Shown here: piece by piece, positions 18,948-29,248 of the stretch
Layout of the letters: every line of letters starts with the position of its first letter
Numbering within the stretch: the stretch's first letter is position 1
Assembly (NCBI GenBank): GCA_963665275.2
Contig: CAXXIN010000018.1
Location: forward strand, 224,001 to 288,000
Direction of reading: 5' to 3'
DNA: 64,000 nucleotides
Source: Negativicutes bacterium
GTDB lineage: Bacteria > Bacillota > Negativicutes > UBA1444
Notes under the pieces: model-generated
What the model saw: only the letters and a program-made list of their open reading frames with translations
Told to the model about the DNA's origin: nothing
The model's database searches: none
Position numbers and translations under genes: made by a program

Positions 18948-20900
18948 ATGCCGGATAAGAAATACAGGGAAATATCCTATGATATTTGGGAACGGTTCAC
19001 TAACGGCGGAGAGCTGGCCGCAGATATAAACCCAGTAATTGCAGCGTCATGGAAACGTTCCAGAGACTATGGGGTCGACCCTTTTGGCACTTCTTTGCCG
19101 GTTGAGGAACGGTTGCTCGTGAGCTTGCGTAGGGAAAACCGGATATTGCTCGACGTTGTGAAACCCTTCATTGGGTTAATTGAAAAGTTTATTCAAAATA
19201 CGGGCTTCATGTTAACTTTGGTGGATAAAGATGGTTTCCTGCTCGAAATTAAAGGGGATAGTGAAGCTCTCAAACGCGCTCATATAAGCCAGCTGGTGGA
19301 AGGCGCAAACCGCAGTGAAACGAAAGCGGGCACCAATGCCATCGGATTGGCCCTGACCGAGGATCGCCCCTTGCAGCTCGCCGGCCCGGAGCATTTCAAA
19401 CAATGCTATCATGACTGGACGTGCTCCGCTGCCCCCATCCATGATACAAGGGGCAAGATTCTAGGTGTATTGAATTTATCCGGCCACCGATCCCTGATTC
19501 ATAAGCATACCTTGGGAATGGTAACATCCCTTGCCCAAGATATTGAGAGGGAGTTGCGCATACAGGAACAGAATGCTGCTTTGCGGCTGGCCAATGAACA
19601 GCTCCAAGCGGTAATCGACTCGATAGCTGAAGGGGTCATAGCCGTTGATCAAAATGGCCGGATCATAGAAGCCAACGTGAAATTCCAAAAACTGTTTCAG
19701 GTGTCCAAAACTGAATTGCTGGGCAGGCAAATTGCGAACGTATTCTCTACACCCAGTTCTCTAACGGAGATCCTGCACACAGGCAAGGAATATTTCGACC
19801 GGGAGGAAATGATTACCCGCGCTGATTTCCACGTTTCCGCCATGACGACAGGTAGAAAAATCTTGAACGACAAAGCTGAAATCGTTGGTGCTGTGGAGAT
19901 TATCAAAGAGAAGAAAGATGTATACCGCCTGGTTAATAAATTAACCGGCGCCAAGGCAGTGTTTAACTTTGATAATATCGTGCATGAAGATCTGCAGATG
20001 GCCAATATTATCGACATGGCCAAATCGGTGGCTGAAACTGACACACGGGTATTGCTGGAAGCCGAAAGCGGAACCGGCAAGGAGTTGTTTGCCCAGGCTA
20101 TCCATAACGCCAGCCCGCGCCATAAGGGACCCTTTGTGGCAGTAAACTGCAGCGCCATTCCCCGGGAGCTGATTGAGAGCGAACTGTTCGGTTATTCTGA
20201 AGGAGCATTTACGGGGGCAAAAAAAGGCGGCAAACCTGGGAAGTTTGAACTGGCTGAGGGTGGAACGCTTTTTTTGGACGAGGTTAACAGCATGCCCTTG
20301 GACATGCAGGTGAAATTACTGCGTGTCCTGCAACAAAACGAAGTGACCCGCTTGGGTGGGGAGCAGCCAGTTCCTTTAAATGTGCGCATTGTCGCCGCCT
20401 CCAACAGATCGCTGGAGGAATTAGTGAGGGAGGGCCATTTTAGGCTGGATCTCTTTTATCGATTAGGCGTGGTGGTTTTGAAAATACCTCCTCTCAGGGA
20501 AAGGGTCAAAGACATTCCTGTTCTCTTCAAGCATTTGCTGCGAAAAATCAGTCACTCCATCGGTAAATCAGTGACCTGCAGCGAGGATGATATACTCCCC
20601 GCCTTATGCGCCTATGACTGGCCGGGAAATGTCCGTGAGATGGAAAATTATATCGAACGGGCCGTCGTTCTGGCCAGGGATGGCGTATTGACGGTCGGGC
20701 ATTTCCCAGAGAAACTTTGCCCTAAAGCTACTAAAGTGGGTGAAGTGAATCTGCATTACTTGGCTCTGAAAGAGAGAGAGTCTATCATCAAAATGATTGA
20801 AATGTATCATGGCAATATTTCGAAGGCTGCTAAAAACTTAGGCATTAGCAGGAATACGCTTTACGCCAAGCTTAAGTCTTATGGCATTGCCGCTGATTAA
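18948..20900 (+). CDS. AcoR/DhaR-like sigma54 activator (GAF-PAS-AAA+-HTH)
   Basis: SWKRS, GTNAIG...EHF...WTCSAAPI (GAF), a PAS domain, GAFTGA and LGISRNTLY. Confidence 0.92.
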   Translation: MPDKKYREISYDIWERFTNGGELAADINPVIAASWKRSRDYGVDPFGTSLPVEERLLVSLRRENRILLDVVKPFIGLIEKFIQNTGFMLTLVDKDGFLLEIKGDSEALKRAHISQLVEGANRSETKAGTNAIGLALTEDRPLQLAGPEHFKQCYHDWTCSAAPIHDTRGKILGVLNLSGHRSLIHKHTLGMVTSLAQDIERELRIQEQNAALRLANEQLQAVIDSIAEGVIAVDQNGRIIEANVKFQKLFQVSKTELLGRQIANVFSTPSSLTEILHTGKEYFDREEMITRADFHVSAMTTGRKILNDKAEIVGAVEIIKEKKDVYRLVNKLTGAKAVFNFDNIVHEDLQMANIIDMAKSVAETDTRVLLEAESGTGKELFAQAIHNASPRHKGPFVAVNCSAIPRELIESELFGYSEGAFTGAKKGGKPGKFELAEGGTLFLDEVNSMPLDMQVKLLRVLQQNEVTRLGGEQPVPLNVRIVAASNRSLEELVREGHFRLDLFYRLGVVVLKIPPLRERVKDIPVLFKHLLRKISHSIGKSVTCSEDDILPALCAYDWPGNVREMENYIERAVVLARDGVLTVGHFPEKLCPKATKVGEVNLHYLALKERESIIKMIEMYHGNISKAAKNLGISRNTLYAKLKSYGIAAD

Positions 20901-20935
20901 TACTCACTGTCAAATTAATTGAATCTGGCATACGC

Positions 20936-20966
20936 AAAAACGTCCTGTGATACAGGACGTTTTTTT
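20936..20966 (+). terminator. intrinsic terminator
   Basis: aaaaacgtcctgt-gat-acaggacgttttttt. Confidence 0.85.
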
Positions 20967-21129
20967 GTGCTCAAACAACGGCGAAGGATTGATCAATTTT
21001 TGAACAATAAACTGTTTAATGCGAAAAATATGAACAAGTCAGACGGATTTAAAAGATGTTGAGGGAAGCGTTCCAACGAAATAATGGCTATTCAGCCGGA
21101 TTCTACAAGAAAAAACATTAACCCGGTTT

Positions 21130-21145
21130 TGGCACGATTATTGCA
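21130..21145 (+). promoter_or_regulatory. sigma54 promoter of the acoABCL-like/abfD operon
   Basis: TGGCACGATTATTGCA, near-perfect consensus. Confidence 0.9.
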
Positions 21146-21249
21146 TAAGTGTTACAACAATGAATAAAAAATGAGCAGAAGGGGGCTGGCATCAGATCGG
21201 TCCGGGTAAGAAGCTGTTTTAATCGTACGCTTTGAAAGGATGGGGTAAC

Positions 21250-22224
21250 ATGGCAGTAAAAAAGTATGAAAAAAAATTCCTCGGGGACTTGTATTCAACG
21301 ATGGTTCGGATCAGATTATTTGAGGAGCAGGTATTGGAATTCTACAAATACGGCAAGATGCCGGGCCTGGCACATCTGTATATCGGTGAAGAGGCAGTGG
21401 CGGCGGGTGCTTGTGCTGCACTCGACTCCGGCGATTATGCCGGCAGCACTCATCGCGGTCATGGACACGTAATTGCCCAGGGGGCTGACGTGAACCGTAT
21501 GATGGCTGAAATATTGGGCAAGAAAGATGGTCAATGCGGCGGCAAGGGTGGTTCCATGCACATCATGGACATGAGCAAGGGAATTCTCGGGGCCAACGGG
21601 ATTGTTGGCGGCGGCATACCCATTGCAACCGGCGCTGCTTATAAAGCTAAAGTAATGGGTACCAACCAAGTCGTCATCTCTTTCTTCGGGGACTCCGCGA
21701 GCAACGAGGGTACTTTCCACGAAAGTCTAAATATGGCTTCAGCTTGGAAGTTGCCGGTCGTTTATATTATCGAAAATAATCTCTATGGCATCTCCGTAGG
21801 GATTGAACGCGTTACTAACGTGAAAAATCTGTCCGACCGTGCTCATGGATATGGCATCAAGGGTATTTCGATCGATGGCAACGACGTATTGAAAGTCTAT
21901 GAGACGGTTAAGGAAGCGGTGGACTTTGCAAGAGCCGGCAATGGGCCGACTTTGATCGAGTGCAAAACCTATCGCTGGAAAGGGCATCATTCCGGGGACC
22001 CTGCCACGGCCTATCGAACCCGGGAGGAAGAAGATGCCTGGAAAGAAAAATGTCCCTGGAAATGCTTCCGTGGCTATCTGGAGACAAAAGGAAACTACAA
22101 GGGAGCGGAACTCGACCAGATGGAAGCTGATATTGCTGCGGAAATAAAGGCAGCGGCGGAATTTGCGGAAAAGAGCCCATACCCGGACCCTGCGGAAGCC
22201 TATACGGATATTTTTGCAGAATAG
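21250..22224 (+). CDS. TPP-dependent dehydrogenase E1 alpha (AcoA-like)
   Basis: HLYIGEEA, THRGHGH, GKGGSMH, TPP motif GDSASNEG...ENN and TYRWKGH. Confidence 0.92.
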   Translation: MAVKKYEKKFLGDLYSTMVRIRLFEEQVLEFYKYGKMPGLAHLYIGEEAVAAGACAALDSGDYAGSTHRGHGHVIAQGADVNRMMAEILGKKDGQCGGKGGSMHIMDMSKGILGANGIVGGGIPIATGAAYKAKVMGTNQVVISFFGDSASNEGTFHESLNMASAWKLPVVYIIENNLYGISVGIERVTNVKNLSDRAHGYGIKGISIDGNDVLKVYETVKEAVDFARAGNGPTLIECKTYRWKGHHSGDPATAYRTREEEDAWKEKCPWKCFRGYLETKGNYKGAELDQMEADIAAEIKAAAEFAEKSPYPDPAEAYTDIFAE

Positions 22225-22242
22225 AGAACGGAGGTCATAATA

Positions 22243-23235
22243 ATGGCGCAAGAAGTAAAAATGAAAGAAATTACCTATGCTCAAGCGGTTTGCGAGGCAT
22301 TAGACGAAGAAATGGCCAGGGATTCCAGTGTCGCATTGCTCGGTGAAGATGTGGGGATCATTGGTGGAAATTTCAAAACTTCGGTGGGATTACGTGATAA
22401 ATACGGCGACTGGCGTGTGAAAGACACGCCCATATCAGAGGCAGGCTTCGTGGGCATGGGGGTGGGGATGGCACTCACCGGTATGCGTCCGGTAATTGAA
22501 TTAATGTTCTGCGACTTTTTGGGGGTCTGCATGGATCAAATCTTCAATCAGGCAGCCAAAATCCGTTATATGTCAGGCGGCCAGGCCCAAGTTCCCTTGA
22601 CCGTCAGAATGCCGATGGGAGGCGGGCGCTCCTCGGCCGCCCAGCATTCCCAGAGTTTGCAGGCATGGGTGGCGCATATCCCGGGGCTCAAAGTCGTCCT
22701 GCCATCTTCCGCGGCGGAAGTGAAAGGTCTGCTAAAAACCGCGATCCGCGACAACAATCCGGTTATATTCTTCGAACATAAAATGCAATATAACAAAACA
22801 TTTTCTGTTCCGGTAGGAGAATATACCATTCCTTTCGGCAAGGCGAATATTGTCCATGTCGGTGACCAACTGACCATTGTCGCCACTTCGGATTTGGTGC
22901 TGAAGGCCAATGAAGCTGCGGTGGAATTGGCCAAAGATGGAGTTTTTGTTGAAGTGATCGACCTTCGTACCCTGGTGCCTCTTGATCGCCAGACCATCAT
23001 CGATTCGGTCAAGAAAACCGGCAAGTTGCTGATCCTGGACGAAGGCCATATCCAGTATGGCGTTCACGGAGAAATTGGCATGGGCATCATGGACGATATA
23101 TTCTACGATCTGGATATGCCAATCATGCGGATGGGCACGGGACAGACTCCCATTCCGTTCAGCCCGGCGCTGGAATTCCCGATTCTGGTGGATGTAAAAA
23201 AAATCTATGACAAAGCAAAAGAAATGACAAAATAG
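22243..23235 (+). CDS. TPP-dependent dehydrogenase E1 beta (AcoB-like)
   Basis: LGEDVG, DTPISE, AAQHSQS and IDLRTLVPLD. Confidence 0.92.
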   Translation: MAQEVKMKEITYAQAVCEALDEEMARDSSVALLGEDVGIIGGNFKTSVGLRDKYGDWRVKDTPISEAGFVGMGVGMALTGMRPVIELMFCDFLGVCMDQIFNQAAKIRYMSGGQAQVPLTVRMPMGGGRSSAAQHSQSLQAWVAHIPGLKVVLPSSAAEVKGLLKTAIRDNNPVIFFEHKMQYNKTFSVPVGEYTIPFGKANIVHVGDQLTIVATSDLVLKANEAAVELAKDGVFVEVIDLRTLVPLDRQTIIDSVKKTGKLLILDEGHIQYGVHGEIGMGIMDDIFYDLDMPIMRMGTGQTPIPFSPALEFPILVDVKKIYDKAKEMTK

Positions 23236-23274
23236 GCGACGCAGGGATGTACGGTCGCAGAGGAGGGAATATCG

Positions 23275-24630
23275 TTGGCTGAGTTTATCATCATGCCCAA
23301 ACTTGGATTCAATATGGATGTTGGCGAGCTGGTTAAATGGCGTAAGGCCGAAGGCGATACGGTCAAAAAAGAGGATGTCGTGTTCGAGATCCAGACGGAC
23401 AAGACAACGATGGAAATTGAATCGACAATCAGCGGGGTACTCTTGAAAATCCTGGTGGAAGAGGGACAAACCGTGCCGGTTATCATGCCGGTTTGTATTG
23501 TCGGCGAAGCTGGCGAGGATATCAGCGCCATGATTGCCGAAGCCGGGAGGCAACTCGGGATTGAGTCCACTGTGGCTGCGGAGCCGGCAGTAGAAGTTTC
23601 TGCCATTGCCGCACCAGAGGCAACCGTGGCAGCGGTCGTGCCGGGGGATTTGAAAATATCGCCCCGGGCGCAGAAGTATGCGACCGAGCACGGCTTGGAC
23701 CTGAGCAGCGCGGCCATTGTGGGAACGGGTTTCCAAGGCGGCATTATGCAACGGGATTTGGAACAGGCGGCGAAAGTTGGCAAAATCACACCACTGGCGA
23801 AAAAAATTGCTGCCGCAGCACAAGTTGACGTGACTGCCGTGAGTGGAACAGGCATCGGCGGCAAGATTGTGAAAGCGGATATTGAAGCTGTAACCAAAGT
23901 GCCCAAGGCAGCGGTCAATATTCCTGGCAGCGAAATCGAAGTTCTGCGTACACTTTCATACAGCGGGATGCGGAAAATAATCGGTGATCGCTTGTCCCAA
24001 AGCAAGTTCACGGCGCCGCATTTGTATTTCACTGCTGCAGTTGATGTTACGGAGCTGATCAAGTTCCGGGAAATGGTGAACAAATCCCAGCAGCAAAAAG
24101 TATCGTACAATGATTTTGTGATCGCGGCTGTATCTCAGGCACTGCAAAAACATCCGGAAATTAACTGCTCTCTCCAAGGTGAAAAAATTGTGCAGTACAA
24201 GGATGTCAACATTGGTATGGCAGTGGGAATGGAAAGCGGACTCATTGTTCCGGTCATCAAAAAAAGTCAAAGCAAGAAATTGACCGCCATTGCAGCCGAG
24301 ACGCAGGCCTTGGCCGAAAAAGCGCGCACCGGCAAGCTACTTCCACAGGATTATCAAGGCGGAACTTTTACGGTCAGCAATTTGGGCATGTTCGGCATTG
24401 AAAACTTCACGGCAATCATTAACCCGCCAGAGGCGGCTATTCTGGGTGTCGGCGCACTCAGGAAAACTCCAGTGGTCATCAGCAAAGATGGCGAAGATCA
24501 AATTGAGGTGCGCACGATCATGAACATCACCCTTTCGATCGATCACCGCCTGATTGACGGGATGAACGCTGTGAAGTTCATTAAAGACGTGCAGGGGCTG
24601 CTGGAAAATCCCTTGATCATTTTGATCTAA
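23275..24630 (+). CDS. dihydrolipoamide acyltransferase E2
   Basis: Lipoyl domain (TDKTTME), two peripheral-subunit-binding repeats, SNLGM and DHRLIDG. Confidence 0.93.
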   Translation: MAEFIIMPKLGFNMDVGELVKWRKAEGDTVKKEDVVFEIQTDKTTMEIESTISGVLLKILVEEGQTVPVIMPVCIVGEAGEDISAMIAEAGRQLGIESTVAAEPAVEVSAIAAPEATVAAVVPGDLKISPRAQKYATEHGLDLSSAAIVGTGFQGGIMQRDLEQAAKVGKITPLAKKIAAAAQVDVTAVSGTGIGGKIVKADIEAVTKVPKAAVNIPGSEIEVLRTLSYSGMRKIIGDRLSQSKFTAPHLYFTAAVDVTELIKFREMVNKSQQQKVSYNDFVIAAVSQALQKHPEINCSLQGEKIVQYKDVNIGMAVGMESGLIVPVIKKSQSKKLTAIAAETQALAEKARTGKLLPQDYQGGTFTVSNLGMFGIENFTAIINPPEAAILGVGALRKTPVVISKDGEDQIEVRTIMNITLSIDHRLIDGMNAVKFIKDVQGLLENPLIILI

Positions 24631-24652
24631 TTGATCTAACAGGAGTGAAAAT

Positions 24653-26026
24653 ATGAAACAGTTTGATATTGTAGTGGTCGGTGGCGGGCCTGGCGGATAT
24701 GTTGCCGCCATTAAGGCAGCTCAGGCAGGCAAGAAGGTCTGTCTGGTCGAGAAGAATAAACTTGGCGGTGTTTGCCTGAACTGGGGATGCATCCCCACTA
24801 AAACCTTACTTAAAAGTGTTGAGGTGTTGGATTCTATTCGGCATAGTGCCGACTTCGCTGTCACAGGTCTTGACACTTCTGCCGCTGCCATCGATATGGT
24901 GAAATTGCAGAAACGCAAAAACAGTATCGTTCAGAAGCTTACCGGTGGCGTAGGCATGTTGTTGAAGGCCAATGGCGTAACTGTAGTCAATGGGCAAGGG
25001 ACCTTCGTTGATGCCAATACTCTGGCCGTCGGGCCAGAGCAGATCAATGCCGATAAATTTATTATTGCCACCGGCTCCGTGCCTGTCAAACCGCCCATTC
25101 CCGTCAGCGGAACAGCGCCTGTTATCGGCAGCGATGAAGCCCTGGATTTGACAGAGGTACCCGCAAGCATGGTGATTATCGGCGGTGGGGTTATCGGTAT
25201 TGAGTTTGCTTATCTGTATGCCAGTCTGGGCGCTAAAGTGACGGTAATCGAGTTAATGGACCGCATCTTGCCGATGGTGGATAAGGAAATTACCGTTGAA
25301 GTGACAAAAATGCTGAGCGGCATGGGGATCAAGATCCTCACACAAGCCAAGGTAACCAAAATCGACGGCAACACGGTTCATTACGAGCTGGCGGGCGCCG
25401 AGGCCAGCGCAAGCGGCGACAAAATCCTGATGTCCGTCGGGCGGGCGCCAAATACGGAAAGCCTGAATCTGGAAGGCATCGGGATCGCAATGAACCGCCG
25501 TGCTATTAAAGTTAACCGGGCTATGCAAACCAATGTACCCGGCATTTATGCCATTGGGGATGTGAATGGTACGTCCATGCTGGCCCATACCGCGTCAATG
25601 GAGGGGATAGTGGCCGTAGAAAGCATTCTCGGTCACGAGGCATCGCTGGATTATGATAAGATTCCTTCTTGTATCTATATTCAGCCGGAGATCGCGGCAG
25701 TCGGCCTGACGGAAGAGCAGGCGCGGGAAAAATATGGCAACGTGCTGGTCGGGAAGTTCCCGATTGCCGCTAACGGCAAAGCCATGGTGCAAGGCGAAAC
25801 CCGCGGCCTGATCAAGGTAATACTGGAACCGAAATTTCAAGAAATCCTGGGTGTCCATATTTACGGACCCCATGCTACTGATCTAATCGCCGAAGTGGCA
25901 TTAGCAATGAATCTGGAAGCAACAGCAGAAGAGGTTGCCCTGTCGATTCATCCCCATCCGACGATTTCGGAAATTGTTCCTGAAGCATTTCATGCTGCTT
26001 TGGGTAAAGCCATTCACAACATTTAG
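24653..26026 (+). CDS. lpdA: dihydrolipoyl dehydrogenase E3
   Basis: GGGPGGY, GGVCLNWGCIPTK and HPHPTISE. Confidence 0.95.
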   Translation: MKQFDIVVVGGGPGGYVAAIKAAQAGKKVCLVEKNKLGGVCLNWGCIPTKTLLKSVEVLDSIRHSADFAVTGLDTSAAAIDMVKLQKRKNSIVQKLTGGVGMLLKANGVTVVNGQGTFVDANTLAVGPEQINADKFIIATGSVPVKPPIPVSGTAPVIGSDEALDLTEVPASMVIIGGGVIGIEFAYLYASLGAKVTVIELMDRILPMVDKEITVEVTKMLSGMGIKILTQAKVTKIDGNTVHYELAGAEASASGDKILMSVGRAPNTESLNLEGIGIAMNRRAIKVNRAMQTNVPGIYAIGDVNGTSMLAHTASMEGIVAVESILGHEASLDYDKIPSCIYIQPEIAAVGLTEEQAREKYGNVLVGKFPIAANGKAMVQGETRGLIKVILEPKFQEILGVHIYGPHATDLIAEVALAMNLEATAEEVALSIHPHPTISEIVPEAFHAALGKAIHNI

Positions 26027-26052
26027 CGAAAATAAAGGAGCGTGGCATTCTT

Positions 26053-27501
26053 ATGATTACTGCACAACAATATGAAGATAGTCTCCGCAAGCTGAACCTC
26101 AAAGTCTATCTGCAAGGGGAACGGGTGGAAAACCCGGTGGATCACCCGATCATCCGCCCCTCTTTAAATTCAGTCAAAATGACCTATGAACTGGCGCAGG
26201 AACCCCAGTATGAAGATCTGATGACAGCTACATCCCACTTGACCGGGAAGAAGATCAATCGATTCTGCCACCTACACCAATCGACTGAAGATCTGGTGAA
26301 AAAAGTCAAAATGCAGCGTCTGCTGGGCCAAAAGACCGCCGCCTGCTTCCAGCGTTGCGTGGGCATGGATGCAATCAATGCCGTGGACAGTGTAACATTT
26401 GAAATGGATAAAAAGCTTGGAACGCCTTATCATAGTCGCTTTGAAAAATTCCTGCTGAAGATGCAGGAAGAAGACATGACCGTCGACGGCGCCATGACCG
26501 ATCCAAAAGGCGACCGCGGTTTGTCCCCCAGCCAGCAGGCCGATCCCGACCTGTTCGTCCATGTCGTGGAACGACGCGAAGACGGCATCGTGGTCAGCGG
26601 CGCCAAAGCGCATCAGACCGGCGCGATCAACTCGCACTGGATACTGGTCATGCCAACAATCGCCATGGGAAAAGAAGACGCCGATTACGCAGTCAGTTTC
26701 GTCGCGCCTGCCGATGCCGAAGGCGTTTTCTACATCTATGGACGCCAATCCTGCGACACCCGAAAACTGGAAGGCGGAACCATTGACGTAGGAAACAAAC
26801 AGTTTGGCGGACACGAAGCGCTGATGGTCTTCGATAATCTGTTCATTCCCTGGGAGAACGTTCTCATGTGCGGCGAATATGAATTCAGCGGCGCTCTGGT
26901 CGAGCGGTTCGCCGGCTATCACCGCCAAAGCTACGGCGGCTGCAAAGTCGGTGTAGGCGATGTCCTCATCGGGGCGGCGGCTCTGGCGGCCGACTATAAT
27001 GGCGCACACAAAGCTTCGCATCTCAAGGACAAACTCATTGAGATGGTGCATCTGAACGAAACTTTATACGCCTGCGGCATTGCATGCTCGGCAGAAGGTA
27101 CGAAAACCGCTTCCGGCAACTACATCATTGATCTTATGCTGGCTAATGTCTGCAAACAGAACGTAACCAGATTTCCTTACGAGATTGCCCGCCTGGCCCA
27201 GGATATCGCCGGTGGACTGATGGTCACGATGCCTTCGGAAAAAGACCTCCGTCATCCGGAAATCGGCAAGGTGGTAGAGAAATATTTCAAAGGCATCGCT
27301 TCGGTTCCGACGGAGAACCGCATGCGCATCCTGCGTCTGGTCGAAAACCTGACCCTCGGAACGGCCGCAGTCGGGTATCTGACCGAATCAATGCACGGCG
27401 CAGGTTCACCGCAGGCGCAGCGCATCATGATCGCCCGGCAGGGTAATATGGAGCATAAAAAGGAACTGGCCAAGGCGATTGCCGGAATCCCCGCCAAATA
27501 A
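26053..27501 (+). CDS. abfD: 4-hydroxybutyryl-CoA dehydratase/vinylacetyl-CoA isomerase
   Basis: CFQRCVGMD, AMTDPKGDR, GAKAHQTG, YHRQSYGGCKVG and ESMHGAGSPQAQ. Confidence 0.95.
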   Translation: MITAQQYEDSLRKLNLKVYLQGERVENPVDHPIIRPSLNSVKMTYELAQEPQYEDLMTATSHLTGKKINRFCHLHQSTEDLVKKVKMQRLLGQKTAACFQRCVGMDAINAVDSVTFEMDKKLGTPYHSRFEKFLLKMQEEDMTVDGAMTDPKGDRGLSPSQQADPDLFVHVVERREDGIVVSGAKAHQTGAINSHWILVMPTIAMGKEDADYAVSFVAPADAEGVFYIYGRQSCDTRKLEGGTIDVGNKQFGGHEALMVFDNLFIPWENVLMCGEYEFSGALVERFAGYHRQSYGGCKVGVGDVLIGAAALAADYNGAHKASHLKDKLIEMVHLNETLYACGIACSAEGTKTASGNYIIDLMLANVCKQNVTRFPYEIARLAQDIAGGLMVTMPSEKDLRHPEIGKVVEKYFKGIASVPTENRMRILRLVENLTLGTAAVGYLTESMHGAGSPQAQRIMIARQGNMEHKKELAKAIAGIPAK

Positions 27502-27543
27502 GCATCTCTTGGAAATAAGAAGCTGTTATTGGAAGGGGTATCG

Positions 27544-27825
27544 ATGGATAAAGTCACCCAGGTCATCGAACAAAAAATCCGCCCATTATTGCAGGAGCAC
27601 CAGGGTGACCTTGAATTGGTGGAGATCACCGCTGACGGTTATGTGAAAGTACGGCTGACCGGGGCATGCGCTGCATGCCCCGGAGCCCAGCAAACGCTGT
27701 CCGAGATCGTCGAAGCCAAGTTGACGGAAGCCTGTCCGGAAATCAGAGGAGTAATCGCTGTCCACCAAGTCAATGAGGATTTAATACAAGAGGCTTTGAA
27801 GATTTTGCGCAAGGACCGCAAATAG
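27544..27825 (+). CDS. NifU/NfuA-like Fe-S carrier
   Basis: IRPLLQEHQGDLELV...LTGACAACP. Confidence 0.88.
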   Translation: MDKVTQVIEQKIRPLLQEHQGDLELVEITADGYVKVRLTGACAACPGAQQTLSEIVEAKLTEACPEIRGVIAVHQVNEDLIQEALKILRKDRK

Positions 27826-27940
27826 GATCGATCATAGTTAATATGCAAAAAGCAGGTCAGTATTAAGTTTTGTGGTAGATGTGACCGGAGAATTGACCTT
27901 GCTGATATAGCTCCAAATTAATAAAAAATGGGGGATTATC

Positions 27941-29248
27941 TTGAGAAATTGGAGAGACCTCAGTAAAGGGAAAATAGTGTCGGCGACCGAAGCCGTGAAA
28001 GCCATAAAATCAGGTGACAGAGTCGTAATCGGGCATGCCTGCGGCGAACCGCAGACTTTGGTCGCAGCGATGATGGACCGGGCGTCGGAACTGAAAAATG
28101 TAGAAATCGTGCACATGGTGGCGATGGGACCGGCCAACTATGCCCAGCCTGGCATGGAAGAAAGTTTTCACCATAATGCTCTGTTTGTTGGCGGATCAAC
28201 GCGCAAAGCAGTGGCGGAAAAACGTGCGGATTATACCCCTTGCTTTTTTTCAGAGATCCCACGTTTGTTTCGTGAAGGGTATTTGTCTGTTGATGTGGCA
28301 TTGGTTCAAGTGACACCGCCAGATGATACGGGTCATTGTAGTTTGGGAGTTTCAGTCGACTATACCTATGAGGCGATAAAACAAGCGCGAATCGTAATTG
28401 CACAGGTGAATCGAAATCTGCCCCGCACTTGCGGACAAAAAGTCCATTTGGATGAGCTTGATCTTTTAGTCGAACAAGAGGAGCCGTTAATCGAACTTCA
28501 ACCACCGAAGATTGGCAACATAGAAAAAGCAATTGGTGAAAATATCGCGACTTTGGTAGAAGACGGAGCTACCTTGCAACTCGGGTATAGGGGCAATTCC
28601 TGACGCGGCGTTATTGTTCCTTGGCGGCAAAAAGGACCTGGGAATTCATTCGGAAATGTTTTCTGATGGCGTGGTGGCATTGGCAGAGAGCGGCGTCATA
28701 AACAACCGTAAAAAAAGTATGCATCCAGATCGGTTTGTAGCCACTTTCCTGATGGGAACGCGACGCCTCTATGATTTCGTTGATAATAATCAAGCAGTGG
28801 AGTTGCATCCGGTAGATTTCGTAAATGATCCCTGTATAATCAAGATGCAGCATAAAATGGTATCGATCAACTCGGCGCTGCAAGTGGATCTTGCAGGCCA
28901 AGTGAACGCCGAATCGATTGGCTACCGTCAATTCAGCGGTACAGGCGGACAGGTCGATTTTATTCGCGGCGCCAGCATGTGCGAAGGGGGAAAGTCGATC
29001 ATAGCCTTCTCATCTACGGCAGCCGGCGGCTCCATCTCAAGAATCACGACTGCATTAGAATGCGGGGTCTGCTGTTACTACGACGAGAAAATGATGTGCA
29101 TTATGTGGTGACCGAATACGGTATCGCAGATCTGCGGGGGAAAACGCTGCGCAGCCGCGCAAAGGCCTTAATTGAGATAAGTCATCCGAATTTTCGGGTA
29201 ACGTTGATGAAAGAAGCAACTGAAAAAAGGAATATTATAAAAAAATAA
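27941..29248 (+). CDS. 4-hydroxybutyrate CoA-transferase (AbfT/Cat2-like), split by +1 frameshifts at ~28586, ~29066 and ~29090
   Basis: The three frames join to GATLQLG|IGAIP...LGIHSEMFSDG...SGTGGQVDF...VTTTRNDVHYVVTEYGIADLRGK. The frameshifts may be sequencing errors. Confidence 0.85.

Noticed and set aside
22732-23823. Long antisense ORFs (e.g. 363 aa here, 272 aa at 17690, 259 aa at 26272, 254 aa at 44309)
   Set aside because: Shadows of well-supported genes on the opposite strand.
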